64,000 bases of DNA, taken from NCBI GenBank assembly GCA_026391945.1, contig JAPLDA010000071.1, positions 1,247 to 65,246 on the forward strand, in the 5' to 3' direction. A model generated the notes under the pieces. The model saw only the letters and a list, made by a program, of their open reading frames with translations, did no database searches and was not told the origin of the DNA. The stretch is from Bacteroidota bacterium (lineage in GTDB: Bacteria; Bacteroidota; Bacteroidia; AKYH767-A; 2013-40CM-41-45). Shown in pieces: positions 1-9,263 of the stretch. Position 1 is the first letter of the stretch. Every line of letters starts with the position of its first letter. The translations under genes and the position numbers were made by a program.

Positions 1-3000
1 GAGGACAAATATGATACACTTACAGCAAGAAACATTATTTACAACTCCAAGTGGTTTGAATTTTTGTTCCTGCTGCTGGCATTGAACTTTATCGGGCATA
101 TCAAAACATTCAACATGCTCCGAAAAGAAAAACTGAGCGGTTTAATCTTTCACCTTGCATTTGTAGTGATGATATTCGGTGCAGGCATCACACGTTACTT
201 TGGTTATGAAGGAACCATGCACATCAGGGAAGGCGAAGCTTCTAATATCCTGTATAGTTCCGATCCTTATCTCAGAATTTCACTGGGTGAAAAAAATGGA
301 GATTACAATAAAGATTTTTCCGTAAACTTTGGTCCATACTCCGGTCACACATTTTATGTGGAATTGCCGACTCCGGAAAAAGAAAAAATCGAAATCAATT
401 GCAAAGAGTACATCAGCAATGCAGTCGAAAAAATTGAAGACAATGCTCCCGGAGGAGTGGATTTACTGGAATTGGTTGTTGCCACTGAAAATGGCCGGAA
501 GAAAATGTTTATTGAAAAAGGGCAAGCTGTGAATATTGGAAAAGCGACCATTGCTTTTAACAATGAAAAAGTAAATGATGCCGTTAAGGTTTATGAAAAA
601 GACGGAATGTTACAGGTGATTGCTCCGTTTGAAATGACGCAGGCAAACATGGTGGAAAAAACTAGTGTCACTTTTCAAAAAGACACTCTGGTGGAATTCA
701 AGAATAAACATCTGTACACGGTGAATGAAGCTGCGTTTTTTTTCACTGGTTTTCATAAAAGTGCTGTACAGAAACTGGTTAGTTCCCCCGGCGAAGAAAC
801 AGGATTCGACGCCTTGTTGTTCGACATTACCATCAACAACAAAAAACACGAAGCTCCTCTCCTGTTTGCTCCCGGACAGGTAGCCGAATACAGTGATTTT
901 ACTTTTGAAAAAGTGCCGTTAAAAATTGCCTTTGGTAAAAAACCAATCGAACTGCCTTTCTCAATTTATCTGAAAGATTTTATTTTAGAAAGGTACGCCG
1001 GTTCTGAAAGTCCGTCATCTTATGCCAGCGAGGTTACGGTCATGGACAATAGGAATAGCCTGAAATTGGATCATCGCATTTTCATGAACAACGTATTGGA
1101 TTACGACAACTACCGGTTTTTTCAGTCATCCTATGACCAGGATGAAAAGGGAACCATTCTCTCTGTGAATCATGATTTCTGGGGAACCTGGATTTCCTAC
1201 GTTGGTTATATCCTGCTGGCATTAGGTTTCATCACCACCTTATTCAACAGCCGCTCCCGTTTCCATTTGTTGCGGCATAACATCGGGGCGATCAGGAAAA
1301 ACAGGAAGTCCATCGCAACCACTATCCTCCTGATTACCGGGTTGAGTACGGCAGCCTTTTCGCAGAACACGATTAACCCGGCTGTAGACGCCAATCATGC
1401 AGATAAATTCGGCCATTTAATCACGCAGTCGATTGATGGAAGATTTGAACCCGTGCATTCCCTGGCCTATGACGTGATGCATAAAATTTCCAGGAAAGAC
1501 AAATTCAATATCGATGGAAAAGGCGAGATGGATGCCATCCAGGTTTTCATGGATATCATCATCAACCCTGCGTTTTGGAAACAACAGCAACTCGTGTACA
1601 TCAAAGAAAAATCAGTTCGGGATATCATTGGAATTACCACCAAGGCTGCTTCGTTTGCAGATTTTTTTGACAAAGAGTCCAGGTATAAATTACAAAGCTA
1701 TTCTGAGTCGGCATTCAGAAAAAAACCTGTTGAACGAAATAATTTTGATAAGGAAATCATAAAAGTAGATGAAAGGGTGAATGTTTTCATGATGGCATTC
1801 CAGGCTAGTATTCTTAAAATATTTCCGGAGCAGGATTCGCCCAACAACAAATGGATTGGCTGGGAAGACAAAACATCTACCATACCGTTGAAAGGAGTCA
1901 TCAATATCATCAACCAGGACTTACAACTGCCTGTGTTAAATTACAGGAACCTCATGCAGGTTTATTTTGCAGAAGTTGCCAGGAGTGTAAAATCCGGTGA
2001 CTATACAAGAGCTGATAAAATACTGGGTTACATTGCAAACATTCAGCGCCAGGGTGAAGGGGCCAAACTGCTTCCTTCTGAAAAGAAAATCAATGCAGAA
2101 ATTTTTTACAACAAAGCCCAGATCTTCATCGTGCTCAGGAATTGCTATTCGATCTTAAGCCTGGTGCTTTTGCTGCTCGCATTTATTGATAATGTAAAAT
2201 CAAAAAAGAGCAAGATCATCACCTGGTTGCTGAATATCAGCATTGCTTTTTTAGGCGTTGCATTTCTTTACCAGACTTTTGGAATGGCATTAAGGTCTTA
2301 CCTGCTTGGTTATGCACCGTGGAGCAACGGCTATGAAGCGTTGTTATTAGTGGCCTGGGGAACCCTTCTGGCCGGTTTCAGCTTTGTACGGTACTCAAAA
2401 ATCACGTTAGCCGCGACTACCTTGCTTGCCTTTTTTATTTTGATGACGGCCAGCCACAGCAGCTATGATCCGCAACTTACCAATTTAACTCCTGTCTTAA
2501 AATCCTATTGGCTGATCATTCACGTAGCTGTATTGACCATCAGTTACGGTTTCCTGGGATTGGGTTTTGTTCTCGGTATTATGAATTTATTCATCTATGT
2601 ATTCAAAACAAAAGAAAACCACAAGCGTCTTGATTTATTGATTCTCGAACTCACCTTCATCAATGAAATGAATCTGACCATCGGAATTGTGTTGGCAACG
2701 GTAGGAACATTCCTTGGCGGTGTATGGGCCAATGAATCCTGGGGAAGATATTGGGGCTGGGATGCGAAAGAAACTTGGGCACTCGTCATTGTTATCACCT
2801 ATACTCTGCTTCTCCACCTGAGACTCATACCAAAACTCAACGGGAAATATCTTTTTAATGTTGCATCCGTCATTAGTTTCGGCAGCGTTCTCATGACATT
2901 TTTCGGCGTCAATTATTTTTTGTCAAAGGGAATGCACAGTTACGGAGCAGGCGATCATGCCATTTTCCCGCTGTGGGCGTGGATTGCTATTTTCTCCCTC

Positions 3001-3072
3001 ATCCTGCTGATGATCGCGGCGAAAATAAAAGAGAACATCATCCGGAAACACCTGGATTCAGAAACAGAATAA
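1..3072 (+). CDS. ccsBA: Cytochrome c biogenesis protein, fused ResB/Ccs1-CcsA (CcsBA); 5' end runs off the window (the frame is open back to nt 1)
   Basis: 1002-aa ORF; N-terminal ResB-like region with TM segments; C-terminal CcsA-type WWD motif (WGRYWGWDAKETWAL) and multiple TM helices; no stop between nt 1 and 64 in frame. Confidence 0.8.
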   Translation, partial: EDKYDTLTARNIIYNSKWFEFLFLLLALNFIGHIKTFNMLRKEKLSGLIFHLAFVVMIFGAGITRYFGYEGTMHIREGEASNILYSSDPYLRISLGEKNGDYNKDFSVNFGPYSGHTFYVELPTPEKEKIEINCKEYISNAVEKIEDNAPGGVDLLELVVATENGRKKMFIEKGQAVNIGKATIAFNNEKVNDAVKVYEKDGMLQVIAPFEMTQANMVEKTSVTFQKDTLVEFKNKHLYTVNEAAFFFTGFHKSAVQKLVSSPGEETGFDALLFDITINNKKHEAPLLFAPGQVAEYSDFTFEKVPLKIAFGKKPIELPFSIYLKDFILERYAGSESPSSYASEVTVMDNRNSLKLDHRIFMNNVLDYDNYRFFQSSYDQDEKGTILSVNHDFWGTWISYVGYILLALGFITTLFNSRSRFHLLRHNIGAIRKNRKSIATTILLITGLSTAAFSQNTINPAVDANHADKFGHLITQSIDGRFEPVHSLAYDVMHKISRKDKFNIDGKGEMDAIQVFMDIIINPAFWKQQQLVYIKEKSVRDIIGITTKAASFADFFDKESRYKLQSYSESAFRKKPVERNNFDKEIIKVDERVNVFMMAFQASILKIFPEQDSPNNKWIGWEDKTSTIPLKGVINIINQDLQLPVLNYRNLMQVYFAEVARSVKSGDYTRADKILGYIANIQRQGEGAKLLPSEKKINAEIFYNKAQIFIVLRNCYSILSLVLLLLAFIDNVKSKKSKIITWLLNISIAFLGVAFLYQTFGMALRSYLLGYAPWSNGYEALLLVAWGTLLAGFSFVRYSKITLAATTLLAFFILMTASHSSYDPQLTNLTPVLKSYWLIIHVAVLTISYGFLGLGFVLGIMNLFIYVFKTKENHKRLDLLILELTFINEMNLTIGIVLATVGTFLGGVWANESWGRYWGWDAKETWALVIVITYTLLLHLRLIPKLNGKYLFNVASVISFGSVLMTFFGVNYFLSKGMHSYGAGDHAIFPLWAWIAIFSLILLMIAAKIKENIIRKHLDSETE

Positions 3073-3108
3073 CTCATCATGATTATTAAAATAAAAAAAA
3101 CAACCTCC

Positions 3109-4149
3109 ATGAAAAATATATTTTTTATAGCCGCCGTTTTATCCATTCTGGCAGCATGTCAATCAGACAAAAGTTCTGAACAGGCCAATGCCGCTGCAGG
3201 CATTCATACTGCAGTTGTTGAAGAAGTATTGCAAACAAGCCAGTACACGTACCTACATGTGAAAGAAGGAGACCGCGAACCATGGCTTGCCTTGCCGAAA
3301 ATGCAGGCAACGGTTGGTGAAAAATACTATTACCGCGATGGATTGCTCATGACTGATTTCAACAGCAAAGAGTTAAACCGAACTTTTCCGGAGATCCTGT
3401 TTCTTGATAACATCAGCAACAACCCGAACATTGCAGCAACCAATGCGACTCCGGCTGCTCCGGGTTCAGTAAGCAATGTGCCAGGAACGGCTATGGAAAC
3501 CGGTACAGGCCAAAATGCAGCCGCAGCACATGTTGTTGTTGCGGAAGAAGTACTGCAAACCAACCAGTACACTTACATCCGCGCGAAAGAAGGAACCAAT
3601 GAAGTCTGGCTCGCTGTTGCCAAAATGGAAGCCGCTGCCGGCACCACCTATTATTTTACCGGGGGATTGCCCATGAATGATTTTGTAAGCAAGGAATTAA
3701 AAAGAACTTTTAAGGAAATATTATTTGTGGATAATATTTCCACGCAACCATCAGCAGCAGAAAATAAGGCTGCTGACAATACACAAAGCAGCCAAGCCGT
3801 TTCAACCGGTTCATCGATCCCTCTCGAAAAAAAAGAAGTAAAGCTGAAGCATGCAAAAGAAGATATCACCATTGCATCCCTGTTTGAGAACAAAAAATCC
3901 TACTCAGGTAAAAAGATAAAAATAAAAGGACAGGTAACCAAGTTCAATTCGGGCATCATGAAAAAGAACTGGATTCATATCCAGGATGGCACTGATTTTT
4001 CCGGGAAATTTGATCTCACCATCACCACCGACCAGGAAGTGAAAACAGGCGACAACATTACAGCAGAAGGTGTGATCAGTTTAGATAAGGATTTCGGATT
4101 TAATTATTTCTATGAGGTACTCATGGAAGATGCGAAAATCACAAAATAA
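3109..4149 (+). CDS. Lipoprotein of unknown function with two internal ~70-aa repeats (…VLQTSQYTYLHVKEG..W…SKELNRTFPEILF…) and a C-terminal OB-fold-like (YgiW/BOF-like) domain
   Basis: Signal peptide plus lipobox (LSILAAC|QSD); internal duplication visible in translation; low-complexity A/T/P/S linkers; C-terminal segment with a pattern resembling the bacterial OB-fold BOF family (…KIKGQV…WIHIQDGT…VKTGDNI…DKDFG…). Start set at the MKNIFF Met inside ORF 3079..4149. Confidence 0.6.
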   Translation: MKNIFFIAAVLSILAACQSDKSSEQANAAAGIHTAVVEEVLQTSQYTYLHVKEGDREPWLALPKMQATVGEKYYYRDGLLMTDFNSKELNRTFPEILFLDNISNNPNIAATNATPAAPGSVSNVPGTAMETGTGQNAAAAHVVVAEEVLQTNQYTYIRAKEGTNEVWLAVAKMEAAAGTTYYFTGGLPMNDFVSKELKRTFKEILFVDNISTQPSAAENKAADNTQSSQAVSTGSSIPLEKKEVKLKHAKEDITIASLFENKKSYSGKKIKIKGQVTKFNSGIMKKNWIHIQDGTDFSGKFDLTITTDQEVKTGDNITAEGVISLDKDFGFNYFYEVLMEDAKITK

Positions 4150-4168
4150 TTTTGTAAAAATCACTCTC

Positions 4169-4744
4169 ATGTTACGAAATTTCACCTTAAGCGTTTTAAC
4201 TGCCATTTGTTTTTCATTTTACTCCTGCCATTCAGGACAGGAAGGAAATAAGGATACCTCTTCCAACGGTAAACAACCTGATAACGAATTTTCAGTACTG
4301 GAAAAAAAACTGGAACAGGATTCATCCAACATGGAACTCAGGACCATGCTTGCTTCGAGATATTATACTGCCGGAGAATTAAGTAAGGCCGCATTTCATT
4401 ACATTAAAATATATGAAAGCGATCATAAAAATTTTGTCGCCTTATTCAATTTGGGCAACATTTATTACGACAGCCAGCAGGATGACAAGGCGATTGAGTT
4501 TTATGAAAAAGCACTTGAGATTGACAGTACGAATATTAACATCAGGTGCGATCTCGCCACCTGTTACTCCAATATCAACAAGCTGAAAAAAGCCATCCAG
4601 GTGCTGAGAGGAAATATCAAAATGGATGCGCGTCATGCAAAATCACATCACAATTTAGCCGTCATCCTGAAGAAAAACGGTGATCTGAAAGAAGCTGATG
4701 AAGAAATGAAAATATATGAATCAATCAATTCCGGTACCAAATAA
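4169..4744 (+). CDS. TPR-repeat lipoprotein
   Basis: ORF 4112..4744; internal Met followed by a lipoprotein-like signal (…FSFYSC|HSG); TPR-like repeats (NLGNIYYDSQQDDKAIEFYEKALEID…); ORF start overlaps the upstream gene, so the internal start is preferred. Confidence 0.6.
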   Translation: MLRNFTLSVLTAICFSFYSCHSGQEGNKDTSSNGKQPDNEFSVLEKKLEQDSSNMELRTMLASRYYTAGELSKAAFHYIKIYESDHKNFVALFNLGNIYYDSQQDDKAIEFYEKALEIDSTNINIRCDLATCYSNINKLKKAIQVLRGNIKMDARHAKSHHNLAVILKKNGDLKEADEEMKIYESINSGTK

Positions 4745-4773
4745 TTCCGGCCACCTGTTCTAAATCATATCCA

Positions 4774-5517
4774 ATGAAAGCATTGTCCTTTTTGATTTTC
4801 GTTTTTCTATTTTGTTTCCATTCAACCGTTTATTCGCAGACACCAGCGACACCTAAATTGTATGCTCACAAAGTAGTGGTTGATTCAATCATCCAAACCA
4901 AAGCGTACACGTATTTGAAAGTCGTTGAAAAAATCCATGAAAAAGATTCATCGCAATGGATGGCTTTGCCATTGATTGAAGCAAAGACCCGTGATGTCTA
5001 TTATTATGACAGCGGTTTGCAGATGGGAGAATTTTACAGTAAAGAATTGAACAGGAAGTTCGACCAGATTTTATTTCTTAGTTTCCTCAGTACAAGCGCG
5101 GAAGTCTCTGAAAAAAATATCATACCGGCTCCTGTTTTAGACACTGTTCCCCTCAATGCCGCTCCTGCCGTGGTTCATACGGTTGTGGTAAAGGAAGTCA
5201 TTCAAACCAGCGGCTATTCTTATCTCCGGGTGAAAGAAGGTGAAAAAGAAGACTGGATTGCCATTGTAAAAATTCCGGCTGCAGTCGGACAAACTTATAC
5301 CTATGATGATGCAGCAGCCATGAATAATTTTACAAGCAAGGAATTAAAAAGAACATTTGAAACCATTTTATTTGTTGCCAAACTAACTCCTAAAATGAAT
5401 GCCGGTGAAAACGGATCAACTTCACCGAAAAAAAATAAAGGCGAAGGAAAAACAAAAAAAAATAAATCTGGAAAAATCGAGCCCGCCGCCGGGGGAATCA
5501 CCATTGCAGAGTTGTAA
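4774..5517 (+). CDS. Paralog of the 3109..4149 lipoprotein (same two internal repeats); it ends at an in-frame TAA before the OB-like domain
   Basis: Signal peptide; two repeats homologous to those of the upstream gene (…IQTKAYTYLKVVEK…, …IQTSGYSYLRVKEGEKEDW…); stop TAA at 5515-5517 lies at the start of an A11 run. Confidence 0.6.
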   Translation: MKALSFLIFVFLFCFHSTVYSQTPATPKLYAHKVVVDSIIQTKAYTYLKVVEKIHEKDSSQWMALPLIEAKTRDVYYYDSGLQMGEFYSKELNRKFDQILFLSFLSTSAEVSEKNIIPAPVLDTVPLNAAPAVVHTVVVKEVIQTSGYSYLRVKEGEKEDWIAIVKIPAAVGQTYTYDDAAAMNNFTSKELKRTFETILFVAKLTPKMNAGENGSTSPKKNKGEGKTKKNKSGKIEPAAGGITIAEL

Positions 5518-5778
5518 AAAAAAAAACAATCCTACTCCGGTAAGACAGTTGTTGTAAGAGGAGAGGTCACCAAATACAGTTCGAATATTTTAGATAAAAA
5601 CTGGATACACATTGAGGATGGTACGGGCTTTTCCGGAAAATCGGATTTGACCATTACCATTGACCGTGAAGTAAAAGTAGGTGATGTCGTAACTGTTGAA
5701 GGAAAGATTTCCCTGGATAAAGATTTTGGTTCAGGTTACTTTTTTGAAGTACTTATGGAAGATGCAAAAATTCAATAA
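5518..5778 (+). other. In-frame continuation of the 4774..5517 CDS encoding the OB-like C-terminal domain (KKKQSYSGKTVVVRGEVTKYSSNILDKNWIHIEDGTGFSGK…EVLMEDAKIQ*). It has no start codon of its own, so it is either a nonsense-split gene or translational readthrough
   Basis: Same frame as the upstream CDS; homologous to the C-terminal domain of 3109..4149; no ATG/GTG/TTG near its 5' end. Confidence 0.5.
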
Positions 5779-5927
5779 CATAAAAAATTGCAGCATTCAG
5801 TTTACAGGAATTCTTTTTCAAATCCTGATTCGTGGCAGGCGGCCATTGATACTGTTGACTTCCGGCTGCCAGGCACATCATCCACTCCATGAATCATTTT
5901 ACCAAACGTTAACTTTATTTTTTTCGC

Positions 5928-6668
5928 ATGATTAAAAATAAACGCATAACCGTAGTACTCCCTGCGTACAATGCCGCTCAAACGCTGAGAAAAACATACA
6001 GTGAAATTCCGTTTGACATCGTAGACGATGTGATCCTCGTAGATGATTGCAGTACAGATGAAACCTCCAAGGTGGCCAGGAAAATCGGCATTCAGCACAT
6101 CATCCGACATAATTACAACCGGGGTTACGGCGGCAATCAAAAATCATGTTATGATGAAGCGTTGAAAACAGGAGCCGACATCATCATCATGCTTCACCCG
6201 GATTACCAGTACACGCCTCAACTCATTCCATCCATGGCCTGGCTGATTGCCAACGACATCTACCCGGTGGTATTCGGCAGCCGCATTCTTGGCAAAGGTG
6301 CATTGAAAGGCGGGATGCCATTTTACAAATACATCGCAAATCGTTTTCTGACCCTCACGCAAAACATTTTAACCGGGCAGAAGTTGTCGGAGTATCATAC
6401 CGGCTACCGAGCGTATTCAAGAGAAGTGCTGGAGAAAATAAAATACCATGCGAATTCAGAAGATTTTATTTTTGACAACCAAACCATCTCCCAGATTTTT
6501 GATGCCGGTTTTGAAATTGCAGAAATTACCTGTCCGACAAAATATTTTAAAGAAGCTTCTTCCATCAATTTCAAAAGAAGCACCGTGTATGGGTTGGGCG
6601 TTTTGAAAGTTTCGTTCCAGCATTTCTTTAAACGAACCGGCCTTTATAAGTCATCGATCTACCGCTGA
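5928..6668 (+). CDS. Family 2 glycosyltransferase (dolichyl-phosphate mannosyltransferase-like)
   Basis: N-terminal …VVLPAYNAAQTL…VDDCSTDET… GT2 signature. Confidence 0.7.
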   Translation: MIKNKRITVVLPAYNAAQTLRKTYSEIPFDIVDDVILVDDCSTDETSKVARKIGIQHIIRHNYNRGYGGNQKSCYDEALKTGADIIIMLHPDYQYTPQLIPSMAWLIANDIYPVVFGSRILGKGALKGGMPFYKYIANRFLTLTQNILTGQKLSEYHTGYRAYSREVLEKIKYHANSEDFIFDNQTISQIFDAGFEIAEITCPTKYFKEASSINFKRSTVYGLGVLKVSFQHFFKRTGLYKSSIYR

Positions 6669-6706
6669 AACGAAAGCAGGGCAACCATTTCAATCACTAT
6701 TTTCAG

Positions 6707-6714
6707 TATCTTTG
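6707..6714 (+). promoter_or_regulatory. Candidate Bacteroidota sigma-A -7 element (TATCTTTG = TAnnTTTG) ~16 nt upstream of the mature tmRNA 5' end
   Basis: Motif match to the Bacteroidetes -7 consensus; spacing fits a precursor transcript trimmed by RNase P. Confidence 0.35.
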
Positions 6715-6730
6715 CCAAGCAAAAACCAAC

Positions 6731-7093
6731 GGGGCTGACAGGAATTGACAGCAGGTGAAATTGGTAAATAAGCATGCCGGGCGTTGTAAGGATAGCCTGT
6801 TCAACTCAACTTTCAACTGCCTAAATGGCAACACTAATTACGCGTTAGCCGCTTAATCGAACGATTAACCTGCTGACTACTTCAGGGAGGCCTGCTCACC
6901 CGTTTCCCTTTTAGAAGTATCGAATGGTGAGTGAGGTGGTGTATCGTTCCGGTGCATCATCGAACACAAACGGAACTACGTGATACGGTAGCGCGTGTTT
7001 AGCAGCCGTAAAACCGACAACGAATGAACACTAAGCATGTAGAAAGTTTATTGATTGCTTGTCTGGACCGGGGTTCAAATCCCCGCAGCTCCA
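6731..7093 (+). ncRNA. ssrA: tmRNA (SsrA); tag reading frame encodes …GNTNYALAA*
   Basis: 5' GGGGCTGA… and 3' …GGACCGGGGTTCAAATCCCCGCAGCTCCA tRNA-Ala-like acceptor/T-arm with G3:U wobble; internal ORF ggc aac act aat tac gcg tta gcc gct taa; ~363 nt. Confidence 0.9.
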
Positions 7094-7104
7094 CAATTTT
7101 ATTT

Positions 7105-7146
7105 AGGATTTAGGATTTAGGATTTAGGATTTAGGATTTAGGATTT
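7105..7146. repeat. Heptanucleotide microsatellite (AGGATTT)x6 immediately 3' of the tmRNA
   Basis: Perfect tandem copies seen directly in sequence. Confidence 0.9.
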
Positions 7147-7148
7147 TT

Positions 7149-7180
7149 CGAAATTGAATTACGAAGGTTTCGTTTTTTTT
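7149..7180 (+). terminator. Weak hairpin plus T8 tract, a possible tmRNA terminator
   Basis: cgaaa…tttcg stem followed by tttttttt. Confidence 0.35.
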
Positions 7181-7486
7181 ATTTGACGACTACCAATTTA
7201 CCGGTTTTTGAAAAAGTATTGCCTGAGATTTTCAGCAAATAAATTCCATCGTCCACTACTCCATTTTCATTTATGTTACATTTAATTCGGTCATATCATT
7301 AATTCTCACAAATGAAAGATCGGACCGAAATCAAAAATTATCTTATCTTTGATTGAGGATTTGACAGGAGAGTCTTTTCACCCCAGCCAATAGTTTCATG
7401 TTCTCTACTTCATCCAAAACAATCATCACGGATTCTGACTAAAGCTACATCAAGCCACCTTATCAATCAACAGCCCGAAACCTGCC

Positions 7487-7990
7487 ATGACAGACCCAGG
7501 AATGCAACACATAACGTACCTGAAATCACCCATCGGTAATTTAAAAATTTGCGGAAATGGAAATGGAATTTCATCCGTTGATTTTACCGATCAGTTTGAA
7601 GAAACGACTTCCACTGAAGACCTTCTTCTAGACTGTGCTTTTCAGCTCGATCAGTATTTTAAAGGCAAGCAAAAAGATTTTTCTGTTCCTCTTGATTTAA
7701 AGGGAACCGTATTTCAAAAGAAAATCTGGAGTGAGTTGCAGAAAATTCCGTTTGGCAAAACCATCAGCTACCTGGAACTGGCCATGCGCCATGGCGATGT
7801 AAAAGCCATCCGTGCAGTAGGACTTGCCAATGCGAAAAACCCTGTGGCCATCCTTGTTCCCTGTCACCGTGTGATTGGTGTGGGAGGAGATTTGACTGGT
7901 TATGCAGGAGGATTGCAGCGTAAAAAATGGCTGCTCGAACTGGAAGGTTCCCTGCATCCCGATCTTTTTTCTGCGAGAACGGCGTTGTGA
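7487..7990 (+). CDS. ogt: Methylated-DNA--protein-cysteine methyltransferase
   Basis: Active-site motif PCHRV and C-terminal DNA-binding domain. Confidence 0.8.
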   Translation: MTDPGMQHITYLKSPIGNLKICGNGNGISSVDFTDQFEETTSTEDLLLDCAFQLDQYFKGKQKDFSVPLDLKGTVFQKKIWSELQKIPFGKTISYLELAMRHGDVKAIRAVGLANAKNPVAILVPCHRVIGVGGDLTGYAGGLQRKKWLLELEGSLHPDLFSARTAL

Positions 7991-8004
7991 TTCAGCCAGG
8001 TTCC

Positions 8005-9250
8005 CTACCTCGAAAGAAGATACTCTTTAAAAAGAGAAAAATCTGTTGACATCCTGATCGATTTTTTTTCTTTGTGAATGATACTTTCCAGTTGACGAGG
8101 AAGATCCACTTTGAGATCAAGAATATTTTCCACTACTTCGGCAAACTTAGCCGGATGAGCTGTCTCGAGAAATATTCCTCTCGTGTTCGGATTTTTTTCC
8201 TGGTACGCTTTCAATCCGAGAAAACCAACTGCTCCATGCGGATCAGCGAGGTAATTGTATTTCTGAAAAATTTCTTTCATCGCCTGCCCGGTTTTTTCAT
8301 CGTCAAATGAAAAACCAGTAATGTCGTTTTTCATGGCAGGCAATGAGCCATCGTACAATTCAAGCATCCGCCAGAAATTGCTTGGGTTACCGACATCCAT
8401 GGCATTGGAAATAGTCTGACGCGAGGCCTGCGGTTCGAAATTACCACTCGATAAATAATTCGGAAAAATGTCGTTGATGTTGGTCGAAGCAATGAAGTGA
8501 TGAACTGGCAATCCCATTTTCTTTGCCATCAATCCTGCAGTAAGGTTTCCAAAATTTCCGCTGGGAACTGAAAACACAATGGGTTCGGTGTGATCATTCA
8601 CTTTTCCGAATGCATACACATAATAAAAACTCTGCGGAATTAAACGCGCAATGTTGATGCTGTTGGCTGAAGTGAGTTTGTATGTTGACGTGAGTTCCGA
8701 ATCAAGAAATGCCGCTTTCACCAATCGCTGGCAATCGTCAAACGTACCTTCAATTTCAAGAGCCGTAATATTCTGTCCCGATGATGACTTCTATTCCTTC
8801 GACACCCAGGAACCCGCTGGCCACAGCACTTCCGGTATCTCCGGAAGTAGCAACCAGTATGCTCAGTTTCCTGTTTTCATTTCGTACGAGGTACGACATC
8901 AGCCTCGCCATAAACCTGGCTCCGAAATCTTTAAAGGCAAGCGTCGGCCCGTGAAAAAGTTCAAGAGTGAATATTTTATCGTCAAGTTTCCTCAGCGGCG
9001 CATCGAACGTAATTGATTTTTCCACGATCTCGTCAATGATCATCGCCGGTAAATCATCCGTAAAAAAATTCCGACTGATCTCAAGTGCAATGTCTCCCAG
9101 TGAAAAATTTTCAAGACCATTCAGAAAATCCTGTGACAAAGACGGAATATACTCCGGCACGAATAAACCATTATCATCCGGAAGGCCTTTCAATACAGCA
9201 TCCTGAAGGGAATAAAAAACCGATTTGTTTTTGGTGGAATAATAACGCAT
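8005..9250 (-). pseudogene. thrC: Threonine synthase (thrC) disrupted by a frameshifting internal deletion. Fragments are ORF 8756..9250 (N-terminal, PLP Lys in FKD) and ORF 8005..8724 (C-terminal; the C-terminal frame is actually open up to ~8790)
   Basis: N-frame ends …GIEVIIGTEYYGS*. The C-frame upstream of the listed start reads …KSSSGQNITALEIEGTFDDCQRLVKAAFLD… Compared with E. coli ThrC, ~19 aa (LYPRGKISPLQEKLFCTLG) are missing and the frames differ by 1 nt. The listed start of the 3' ORF is a TTG. Confidence 0.6.
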
Positions 9251-9263
9251 AGAAATTTTAGTA

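Noticed and set aside
5516-5526. A11 tract as a classical frameshift-type phase-variation switch
   Set aside because: Upstream and downstream segments are in the same frame. The stop is a TAA formed by T plus the first two As, so changing the A-tract length cannot restore the reading frame. Listed instead as a nonsense or readthrough question.
7097-7146. Tandem heptamer repeats considered as a CRISPR array
   Set aside because: Unit is 7 nt with no spacers and no cas genes; this is a microsatellite, not a CRISPR.
6731-7486. Genomic island or prophage integrated at ssrA
   Set aside because: No integrase, no duplicated ssrA 3' end, and housekeeping genes (ogt, thr operon) follow immediately.
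8722-8724. Start codon of the thrC 3' fragment listed as M
   Set aside because: The plus-strand sequence is CAA (minus-strand TTG), so the ORF track is translating an alternative start as Met. The frame is actually open further upstream and is part of the disrupted thrC, not an independent gene.
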